A stretch of DNA of 64,000 bases from Octopus sinensis (Eukaryota), in assembly GCF_006345805.1 (NCBI RefSeq), contig NC_042998.1, forward strand, positions 102,672,001-102,736,000. Direction: 5' to 3'. Made by a program: the position numbers and the translations under genes. Shown one piece after another: positions 53,270 to 64,000 of the stretch. Position 1 is the stretch's first letter, and the number at the start of each line of letters is the position of its first letter. The notes beneath the pieces are model-generated. The model saw nothing but the letters and a program-made list of their open reading frames with translations, did no database searches and was not told where the DNA came from.

Positions 53270-54790
53270 CTAATTTGCGAAGTTCCAACAAGAAATATAT
53301 TCGACAATTTCAGATTGTTCTATATGAAAGGAAGAATCGTTAACTGGAATTGCTAAACTAAACACGTTATTCTGCTGACTGTGCTTGTTATTTAGAAAAC
53401 AACAGTTTGGAGTGATAACGGTTACAATGATTTAGATACTTTACATATGGCGCCCTATACATTGCAGAGATTCAGCCTCCGTACTGTAGTCAGCTACTAT
53501 TAATTCATCCACTAGCTAACGAATGGTGATCGTGGTATACAATTTACATAATTTAATTATTAATTTACCCTTGTTACTAATAATTGTACCCGGCATTCCC
53601 TTTTTAAATAATTAGATCCTCGAGTGAAGAAATCGTTCATTTCTGGGCAAAATAAATTAATTTTGCAGTAACAAGAACCTTGCTCATTAGTGTCATCCAA
53701 TTTCACTATGAGTATCACAGACTTCTGTTCCTAATAATCATCTACATGAAATAGCATACGCCTTATAATTTCTGATGATAGTGCTGTGCACTATTATTCC
53801 AGTAAAAACTTTCAGAATTATTGGAGGTTTCACGGTGGTATGTTCGAGGTGTCTTGACTATACTTGTATGATAACTGGTGACGTTTTAGCAGCTTTCTGA
53901 GAGATTTGCAAGTAGCCTCTTATAAACTACTTCAACATTATCCCTGTCACCAAACGACATTAATGTGTAAGCTTTTCAAAGAAAGGTATAGAGGACTGAA
54001 TAACCTACAGGTTTTTCAGCATCATGAAGTCATGTATTACAAGTATGTAATCACTTTCTGAAATCTATGACAACATTTTATTTACCTGCAGGTTGATGCC
54101 AGTCGATTAGGGTTGAGTGAAATAAAATTTACATAGTTTCAATATGGCATATATATTTCTACATGAAGAGATGGAAATCTAAATGAAATTCACCATTCTG
54201 CATTCATCACAACACCTGCCATTATACTTACGTGAAATCAACATTTATATGATTGAATAAAGTCAAAACTAGATCAGATCAAAATATGCCGAATTGGATA
54301 TACATGAAAGAGTAGAATATTTAGCTTTACATGAAACATATTTCACATGCAACGATGTTAAGAAAGCTGTTGCATGTAATATCACCACTAGATTTATTCA
54401 TAGCCAGCAATTATTAATAATTGTGTTCAGGTTAATATAATGTTGAAAGTTATCTTCGCATTAATCCCGATCTTATGATTACGTGGTTGCAATACCAAAT
54501 TGAAGTGGATAATTGTAAAAATAACCAATAACACTTTCAGGCAGATTACTAAGCTTCAATTTGCGATACCCTTCCGAGTGACGGACATGATTTATTTCAG
54601 GATTTCTCCCTTAATACTGCATGCAAAATTACTGTTATAGAAGATGTTAGGAAATGGATAAAAATACACCCGAATAAGTTTTACGCTGACAGCAGAATAT
54701 CAACTACTTCGGCTGATGTCCCGTATATTATAAGATTAGCTACGCTTAAATATTTAAATTATGAATATTTTATCCAACAAATCACTGCAA
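53270..54790 (+). pseudogene. Possible decayed cadherin-repeat fragments
   Basis: KFQQEIY (53280); YLRINPD...SDG...CKITVIEDV...LKYLNYE (54451-54765) in one frame with 2 stops. Confidence 0.3.
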
Positions 54791-55298
54791 AAGTGCTACT
54801 ATTCTAATTAATATAGCAAATTTACAACAGAAATTTAAACTTTTTCAAGGAAATCATTTTACAAATTGCATTTTAGCTCAATTTGTCAGAGTCCCAAGCT
54901 CAATTTTCAGAGTCCCAAGTATCTTTCACTCGAATCTATGAACTCTATAGCAAAATACAGATTGTTTTCACAATAATATAAACTCTTATTTCCTTCGAAT
55001 AAATACGTTTAAAAGCATCGAGACCCACTCCAGTAGAAAAAGATAAATTATTACTTCGTTTGATTTTTCATTTAAACAGAAATATTCTACATCCGTAGTT
55101 ACAATATTACTTAAAGTTCTGCAAATATTTCTCCCCTGTCAACTTATTCTATCGGTCTCCTTTGCCGAACCGCTAGATACGGAAACCCTTGTGTTAGAAG
55201 AAGATCCGCTGAGACCGGTGATGAGGGGCAAACACAGACACAAAGACACAATATACATGCATATATGTATATATACATACATATACATACACACAAAC

Positions 55299-55331
<33 letters not shown>

Positions 55332-55677
55332 GCTACATACAAGAAAAAATGTCAGAAATATAGACCAGTTCTTCCTCTCTCCCTCTCTGTATATATATAT
55401 ATCTCGTACTACCAAACAAACATGGTTCTTATGGAACTCAAAATGCTTTTTGGAGTTCCGTTCTGATTACTTCTGAAACACTTACTTGTAAACGGTTTTA
55501 AGATTTTCTTATTATTATCAAAGAATGTATATATGTATTTTAATACTTTTGTGATAACCAGTACTTAACAGAACAAAGTTCATACAAAGCTTTACATTTT
55601 ACTTTTGAGAATTTTTTCTAAAAAAGTGAAACCGGTCAAGTGAATAAACGTCTTTAAAATTGCATTTTCAAACATTC

Positions 55678-55798
<121 letters not shown>

Positions 55799-55820
55799 TG
55801 ACAACAACAGAATGAATGAG

Positions 55821-56005
55821 ACCTCGATATTTTGTAAATAGAGGAATTTATTTGTAAATACATAATATAGGACAATCAGTTAGTTGTCATATAATACTCA
55901 GAGTTTCAGATTAACTGATAAGGATACGTAATAACTTTTAGCTCGGGCATCTGAAAATCAGGGTATTTTTATGATAACTAACTGATTATCTTATATTTAT
56001 GTAGT

Positions 56006-56036
<31 letters not shown>

Positions 56037-56402
56037 GTACATCAGTTAAGGGGGATTCCGCTTGGCTAACCGGTTCGCGGAGCACCTCCGAAACATTAGA
56101 CTCGGCTATGTTACCCCGCGCCATTTTCGCTTTACATGTCAATTATTACAGCACATGTCTCTGTTCGGGTTGTCTTTGCACAGGGGCCATATCGACTGAC
56201 GCCTTCACCGAGAACAGAATTCATCTTCTCTCTTACACACTTACACACTCTCACATACACACCACGCACACCCACCTTTATTTTGGGATCACCACTACTT
56301 TATTATCTCCACTTCTTCCTACATTTTTAAAACCAACTCAAACTACGTGAATGAAAATTACTTTTGAGAAATTAATTATTGACAGCTGACATTTCATAAA
56401 AA
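55821..56402 (+). repeat. Near-identical duplicated block, copy 2
   Basis: See 51377-51938. Confidence 0.95.
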
Positions 56403-57314
56403 GGAATACTGTAAGTGCTACTTGGCTCATAATTTATCGCTTTCATTGTTTGAACTAATATGTCCCTTCTATGCATGCATGTATAACATTTTCCAGAGTT
56501 GTAATAAAAATGTAGAGATCCAAAGCTCTTGCGAACGGTGATGCTGATACATTCTACTCATTAAAATTTGTCTTTTCTAAGCAAAAGCAAAATATAAACT
56601 ACTGACTAATGATAAATCGACCGCATATTTCTGTTATTACAATTTAGGTTAAATCGATTGTCAGTATCTAATGAGCGGAGTTCTTAATAGATAACAGGAT
56701 GTATAACGTTTGTATGAGAACAATAGGCTGAAGCCTCTAAATAAAAGTTTTTGTACATTTGGATTACGATGAATTGGAATTTTTCTAGCCCTCATTCATT
56801 AGATCTTCAGTACAGCTTCATTGTTAATGAATAATCTGAGAAAGCGAAAACTCCACTCCGCTGTGAAACGAATCATATTTGATAGATTATTATATATTGT
56901 ATGTGACATTGAAAACTCAGGGTATCAGGGCCTCAAGTACGTCAGAGTATTCAATAACGGAGAGATCTACAGATAAATTGTGTAAGTAAAGTTACGTAAT
57001 TTATTGATAGTGAAAGACTTGTTTGTGGTTAATCTGTATTTTTGTTATTTTTCTTTGTCTTACTCGCATACGTTTCTGGTGTGCTAAATTTTCAGGAGAA
57101 CAATTCTTAGTGATTGAGACCATAGCGGATCTTCTTCTAACACAAGGGTTTCCACATAGTGGTTAAAAAATTCTCTCTTATATTTATGTATGAAATACTA
57201 TTTACTGAATCTCATTTTTTTATATGCTAGATCATTGGTGTTAAGCTGATGTTATCAAATTAATATCCAATTTTTCACACTCATTTTGATTCTCCTTGTT
57301 TTTTTCTATGTCCC

Positions 57315-57350
57315 CTTCTGTAGAAGAGCGTAGGCTCGAAACGTAAAAGA
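57315..57350 (+). ncRNA. Minimal hammerhead-like motif (variant core)
   Basis: CTGTAGA-a-GAGC-gtag-GCTC-GAAAC-GTA; core A6 substituted, stem III reduced to the palindrome ACGT. Confidence 0.3.
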
Positions 57351-57570
57351 TTTTTCTATTCCTGAGCGTTATACTAATACATCTGTTTGTTTTGTACACC
57401 ACCTGTCTTCGTCTTTTGTTTTTTTCGTAAACTCTCACTATATATATATACATATATATTTATATATATATTGGTAAAAACGGTAAGATAACAAAAGAAA
57501 GAAAGAGACCTCAATATTATGTAAATAAAGGAAATTTATCTGTAAAATAATATGTGACAGTTATTCAATA

Positions 57571-57640
57571 GCCAAGATAAAACTATGGGTTTCGGATGCC
57601 GAGGTGGAAATCCACAACACCATCTCTTCGGTTATCTGGC
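57571..57640 (-). ncRNA. Type I hammerhead-like motif with CCGAAGA core
   Basis: gccagataa-CCGAAGA-gatg...gtgga/tccac...catc-c-GAAAC-ccata-GTT-ttatcttggc; 9-bp stem I with one bulge. Confidence 0.5.
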
Positions 57641-57667
57641 CAGCTGAAAAACCTTATTTTACACACA

Positions 57668-57722
<55 letters not shown>

Positions 57723-57736
57723 GATATATATATACA

Positions 57737-57777
<41 letters not shown>

Positions 57778-57787
57778 CATATATATA

Positions 57788-57870
<83 letters not shown>

Positions 57871-58831
57871 GTATGTATCTATTGAAGAGGAACTGATAAA
57901 CAACCAATAGAGCAAAATCCATCTGGAATGCAATATAACAATAAACCGGCCAGTTCGAATCGATGATTGTTCAAATTAAACGTTTTTTCCCAATTATGAA
58001 TCTCAGAATTGTAGAACTAGGTAACAGTATACATTTGTATGAAAACGCTTGACCTACTGCCAGCAAAATATCGGAGATATTGTATTAGCCACGTGCAATC
58101 ATTGATCATGTTTAACACCATGTCAATAAGATGCTCAACCACCCACACTAATTCTAGAAGTAAGCAGCCCAGTTGATCGCAAAACTGGAATGCTGATCAT
58201 AATATCCGACATATGATTATTGTAGAATGCTATGGATGAGAATGTGCAATGGTACAACGTATCTGACAATATTGGGTTGCTTATGATTTGAACAGCATTT
58301 AGGAATAGGTTTGCTTAGATCAGGGAAGAATTAACGATAATTTACAATAAGAATTGTTTATGCTGTTGACTAAACCCTACAGAGGGGTTTCAGTGCACAT
58401 TGGCGATAATAACCGTAACAATATACAGTGATGGATGAAATACAATAAGGACACTGGTAGGCTTTGTACTCCGAACTAAACGTCTATGAGGTAACTGGAT
58501 TTTGTTGTGGAAATGATTAATGTATTATATTCATATGATATGCAATAATTAAAGCAAAGATGCATGATAGATATGAAACATCTCATGCTATTTGCGTTTC
58601 TTAAATATGAACACCGTTCAATTTATATTCATATTGGAAATATTAATAAGCTATCTAGAAATGTTGTTTTTTTTTGTATTAAATTAAGTTTGATGTAAAG
58701 AAATTTAAGTCGCATTTAAAATTTTGTCAAAGGCAAATGTATAAGAAAATAAGCTTTGCAAATATATAGAAAACAGTGAAGCTTTACATATAGATTGACA
58801 AAAATGAAAAAATAACTAAATAAATAAATAA

Positions 58832-58898
<67 letters not shown>

Positions 58899-59279
58899 GA
58901 AAAAGACAAACGTGGAGTTTGTATGTTATATTTACGCAATAGATTTAGAATATTAATATAAAAAATTCTTATCATTTCCAAACATAATATTAAATGCTAA
59001 ATTAACTTTCTTAAATGTTACTTCATATTTAAGGGGTCATTCCAAAATGGAATTACACACTTTTTTAAGTAATTCAAATATTTTGAAGCAAAAATGAATA
59101 ATTTTAAATGCAGTAAAAATTCATTGTTACGCATTGCACTCATTATTATCCTTATGGAGAGAGGACTATCATGGTGGTAATAATAATGATGTCGATAATG
59201 GAAAATTTATATATGAATAGTTTAAAGAACGTTACTTTCCACTAACTTATCCAATGTATAGAAATATATATCTTAGTAC

Positions 59280-59760
59280 GGGCCAAACGCGTCAAAGATG
59301 TATTTACTTGACGATAGTTTGGACTCCTTTACCATGTTCCTGAACATTATATCTGGATAATGTCTTCTGACTCCCTTTACCATTATATCGTCTAAAACAC
59401 TTTACCATGTGTCTGGACCATATATTTGAATAAAAGGAATCTGTCTTAATGTATTTCAGCTCCTCTTTCCTCTTGCTAATGGGCCCATAGGTACTGGATT
59501 CAAAGTTCCAATTCACATCAAGGTAATCTACTGTCCTCATGCTGGTTTATATTGTGACCAAATGAGGTCTCACCACGGTCACAACAATAGCTGTTTGCTT
59601 CTTGCAATGATGCCAAAGCGCTGTCTCTGTAGATTTGCAGTTTTTAGAGGGGTTTTTCTTATCTTTAGGACGTAAAAACTGACATACTAACACATATAAG
59701 CATTGTCAAATACGCCCATTCTTTCACCGAAGCACCTAGCCCGACCACTTGCTAAGAATT
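59280..59760 (-). mobile_element. Naiad-type PLE RT fragment
   Basis: QIYRDSALA (LYRDDGL-like) and TVDYLDVNWNFESSTYGP...LKYI (TVNFLDVTLDL...YKPY-like). Confidence 0.6.
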
Positions 59761-59869
59761 AGGGTGCTTCTGGTGTGCAAGATAATCCGTATTTCTTCAT
59801 TTCTAGTAGCAGCATAGGCACTAGCAAAATCCTGTGCTATATGCAGAAGCTCTTTCAAGAGGGACGCGT

Positions 59870-61020
59870 AAAAATGTACTATATGAAATTAGTACCTTGT
59901 TCTGTTCCAGCCACCGTTGGATTTAAATCGTGTTATGATCTCATTGGTGCTGCGCCAGAGGGCGAGGGTTTTTTAAATCGTAATTGATTTTCCTGATCAG
60001 CTGCATGACGTCTGACAAAGCACGAGTGTATCAAAACGTGTCCCTTTAACAGCCACAGTAACACGGAATCATTCGTCGTATATGAGGCAGGTAACGTCAA
60101 AGTGGCCTTACTCAGTTCGCTTCCTATCGACTCGTTTTGTAATTTTTTGCACACAAATAAACCATTCGTGATTTTTCCGCCTCCAATAATGGAGAACAGT
60201 CAGCATGTATTTTCCTACTTGTCATTTCTGAAGAGTAGCTAGTATTATTTATCCGTGTTCTCATGTAACTTTCAGTTTTAGTACCCGGTGCAAAAGAGAT
60301 TGTTAAGACCACTTGGAATCTATCTATCTATTTATCTATCGATCTAGTTACCTATCCGAGTACTGTCACTGGTTCGGGTTCTTTTGATCTCTGAGGACAT
60401 CTTACTGGAAGCTGGTAAAACAGTTCAGTTTTTGAAGAGTTGATTCTTGAGAGCAAGCATTTCTGCTTCGCAAGAAAACTGGTCCACAATATGTTGCATC
60501 TCCTCAATGTTGTTGGTCACAAGCGTTGAATCATCCGAGTGTAGCTGCTCATTCAACTGATTTTGATGGAGGCATGAAGATAGGCCAACTTGAAGAGTTT
60601 TCTATCTGTTCTGGGAATTTTTATCTGTGGGGATAAAAACTGTAGATTGATCCTCATGGTGTCTAGCACAGTTGAAAGGCCAAGAGAGCAGAGAGCAAAG
60701 AGAGAACTAAGCATGCACACCTACTGCACACCATGGTTGACAACAAACGCTTTAATAACTTCTGCGACAACTGAGACTAGAAATTCCGTTCCTGTGTGGA
60801 ACGGCTTGATGTTGTTAAGAAGTAACTCCGGTTATCCATAAATCCCTAACACATTCCAAAGTGCTCCTCGATCCATTGTGTCGAATGCCTTGGAAAAGCC
60901 GACAACCACCACGTAGAAGTGGTGGTGTTAATCCGCTGCTTTCTCATGTATCTGTCGCAGTGTGAAGTTCATGTATGTGTTTGATCCCTCTGTCCTGAAT
61001 CCACATGGACGCTCTGAGAT
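59870..61020 (-). mobile_element. RTE-X-like LINE RT fragment
   Basis: ERPCGFR...MNFTLRQIHEK...FSKAFDTMDRGALW...NHGVQ*VCML...LHSDDSTLV. Confidence 0.75.
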
Positions 61021-61023
61021 GAC

Positions 61024-61078
61024 AATGATGATGATCAACCTCATCGTTTCATCATCATCGACGTTATCGTCGTCGTCG

Positions 61079-61140
<62 letters not shown>

Positions 61141-61150
61141 GTCATCATCA
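61024..61150. repeat. (ATC)n/(GTC)n microsatellite
   Basis: Read directly from the sequence. Confidence 0.95.
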
Positions 61151-62644
61151 CTACCACCATTATGCAGTGCGTTTCTAATAAACAATAGCACTTTTGAAAA
61201 TGAAAGAGACCAAAATATTGAAATCATATAGATTAACAATTAAATAAAATATAAAATACCCATAAAGTATGCTATAAGATAAGAATAAATTAATCACCAG
61301 AGAACCTAGCCTGTAAAATAAACATGAAATCCCACAATCGGCAGTCAATAATACAACAGAAACAAGCACATATACAATAAATGATACCTGAAAACACGAC
61401 GTAAATGCTACACAACCCACTGCCAAAGAAACAACGCCTTAAATCAAAAGCAAATGCAATGAGAATTAACGCTAAAATTTATTATGAAGAATATAGAAAT
61501 TTCCATGGAAACATTCAACCAAAAAGAGATACACAAACCTCATACGCATGATGGGCAAGGAAATATAGAATACGTTTCTCGCACCATAACGTATCAAAGA
61601 GTATGCTATGATGACGATATAAGAGAAACAATAGAGAAAACACATGAATCAATGTTGAATACCTGCCAAAACAACAAATGAATGATCTGTTCCATAAAAG
61701 ATTAAATCAATAAAACAAGGCCTTTTGGATGATACTATACATGGAAAAATATGAATATCAAAGGCTTCTAAGATTAATTTTAATCAGTTGCATTGATTGT
61801 ATGATGGAAAACCAGGCTCGATCCTAAGACTCTGGTTTCTAGAAGAAAAGTCGAGAGCAATGAGATCTATGGAAGTATGATATGCTACATAGCATTCAAA
61901 CAGAAATATAAAAATGTTACCTTTTTGTAGAGCACTGAAAAAGAAAGATGCAACAGAAGAATTTTAAAAATAAGACGACGCATTACGAAAAGCATAGTTT
62001 CACTCTGAATAATATAAATCTGTAAGTAAAGAAAACTGTTATCAAATCATATCAGCAAATGCATTTCGAAATTGTTTGTGAAGCGTGGCAGTTTTATAAA
62101 GACACACGTAATTAGAATTTGAACCAAGTAAAAATATGGAACAAAATCATCAAATTAAAATGTGCAACGTCTTAGAAAGCAAGTGAGGAAATATAAGCGT
62201 ACATCATGATTGGACCATTATCACCAACAAGCAAAGCTCCAACAACATAACTATTATATACCACTGGAAAAAAGCTTATATTTTTAAGTACACCAATGGT
62301 TTGTTCCTCAGAATCAAATGATAATTGTTTCTATTATAATTATACGATCTAAATTTGGAGGGGGGGGATAGTCGATATAATTGATCTCAACCCTCAACCG
62401 GTTCTTTATTTTATCGACCTCAAACTATAAAATGCAAAGTTGAATTCGGTGGTATGAAAATACGCAATGAAAAGAACCGAAACACGTACCGTAAGGTCTT
62501 TTTTCCCCACCAGCTAGCTGCACATGTATTACCAGTATCATTCTATATAAACATATGTCTCAATTAATATATCTCGCTTGTTTAATGATTATAAAGATAA
62601 TAACATCAACATTGGTATGTAAAACGAATGAAGTGTACAAAATA

Positions 62645-64000
62645 GGGTAGCGGCCATCATATAAAGGTTAGTAAGAACAAGTTTATTGAAATATATATTA
62701 TAGGATATTTACTAAAGAATATTTATCATACAACGCATTGATACTAGATATTTTACACATATTTTACACGTATTCGTTGTTTAGAAGACTGTTAATGAGC
62801 TAACAGTTACTTATTATGATTTTACATTATTGTAACATTCAACTGTCCACGGGGCGAATTGTGAGAGCCGACCGGTGTCTTGCGATGAAAAACAAAGTAT
62901 TGCGTGCCTTTACCGAGAAGGCATGTCAAATTCTGTGATAACAACTACTGTAGGAAGGTCTAGAAGTGTTGTTCAACGAATTGTAGCTAGTTTTAAGTCA
63001 TCGGGTTCGACAGATGCTAAAATTCAAACCAGTAGACCTAGAAAAATTTCACCAACATAGAATCATATCATGGTTAGAGTGTCACTGAAGGATAGGTTTG
63101 AGTTTTGCTGACGAGTTTTTAGGAGGGTTTGCTCACGAACATGTCGTTTGGACAGAAGAGCAGTAGTCAGAGGTTTATTTTAGTGATGACTGAAATTTAA
63201 TGTGATTTGTTCCGGGGATGTACGTCCGACGTAGAAGTGGCGAATGCTTATCTCGTGCATGGATGAAGACAGTAAAATACGGAGAAGGCAGTGCAATGGT
63301 ATGGGGAGTGATCACCGCTACTGGTCTTGGTCCACTTATTCCCCTACAAGGGACTGCAAATGCTGAAATCTACAAGCAGATTCTTAGACGGCGTGCACTT
63401 CCACATCTCCGATCCCAGTCAGTTCAACTTCCTACCTTCGTGCAGGACAACGCTCTCTGTCACACTGTGAAGAGAGTTAAAGATTTTTTGAGAGATACAT
63501 GGGGTTGATCTCATGGACTAGCCACTCAAAGTCCCGATGTCAGCCATATAGAAAACGTTTTGAAGATTATTGGAGATGGGACGCGAAGGAGAAATCCAAA
63601 GAACCAAAATGAACTCTAAGAATTATTGAAAAACGAATAGAAAATTTTATTACATCGTTTTGCAAGAAATGATATAGTCCCATGGTAGCAGAGGTCATTG
63701 ACAGTAAAGGGATGTTCTCAAAATATTAATACTAATGGTTTTATTTTTGTTCTTGTTCAATTTTTCATTGTTTTTCTAAGTGATCCTTACTGTTTCGACG
63801 TTGCAGTTTGGAAGATTATTTGTTTATTCCTATATAACTTAGGAAATAGTAATTTCATTCACTTGAAAATTTCACAGAAGATGGATATTAAATATATCTA
63901 GATATGTGTAAAATATCTTGTCTCAAAGTATTGTTAATCTTCTATAATAAATATTTCAATACACTTGTTCTTACTGACGTTTATATTATGGTCGCTACTG
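62645..64000 (+). mobile_element. Decayed Tc1 transposon with long TIRs; right TIR ends at the window edge
   Basis: Left ta|gggtagcggccatcatataaaggttagtaagaacaag versus reverse complement of the last bases; SRPRKIS, KTVKYGEGSAMVWG, FVQDNALCH, QSPDVSHIENV. Confidence 0.85.

Larger units (their letters stand above)
56770..58540 (+). pseudogene. Protocadherin-like pseudogene (signal, EC1, EC2, EC3) interrupted by a PLE/microsatellite insertion
   Basis: IGIFLALIH, LDLQY, VFNNGEIY, IDSERLVCG, TILSD*DHS, [insertion], SIHLYENA, PRAIID, LILEVSSPVDRK, IIVECYG, YDLN, IVYAVD, YNKDTGRL; colinear. Confidence 0.55.

Noticed and set aside
53772-53793. CTGATGA followed by a perfect 6-bp hairpin
   Set aside because: No GAAA or helix III follows; not a hammerhead
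61484-61681. 65-aa non-repetitive ORF (possible protocadherin cytoplasmic remnant)
   Set aside because: No motif I can assign; a length like this is expected by chance

Overview
AT-rich, intron/intergenic-type eukaryotic DNA that looks like an octopus (coleoid cephalopod) genome. This attribution is inferred from dense (TA)n/(TAGA)n/(AAT)n microsatellites and SINE cores I recognise as Octopus-type; no database was searched. I find no intact protein-coding gene, and most of the listed six-frame ORFs are microsatellite artefacts. Transposon content: Tc1/mariner elements (near-intact DD34D mariner at 37.9-39.2 kb, IR/DR-type Tc1 at 24.5-25.9 kb, DD36E-spaced Tc1 at 3.5-4.5 kb, another Tc1 ending at the window edge), a Merlin-like remnant, a Helitron helicase fragment, RTE, RTE-X, R4/Dong-like and Tx1/L1 LINE fragments, many Penelope-like elements (PLEs, including Naiad-type) and tRNA-derived SINEs. 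Main observation: the unique islands between the repeats repeatedly give plus-strand, stop- and frameshift-ridden peptides with cadherin-repeat motifs in the expected order. This suggests a decayed head-to-tail array of protocadherin-like pseudogenes, best seen at 56.8-58.5, 47.2-47.7, 26.5-26.9, 34.1-34.5 and 19.6-20.9 kb. That call is motif recognition by eye and needs a profile search. Also notable: several hammerhead-ribozyme-like motifs in PLE terminal repeats, a 333-bp near-perfect palindrome, and a about 99%-identical 560-bp duplication 4.4 kb apart.
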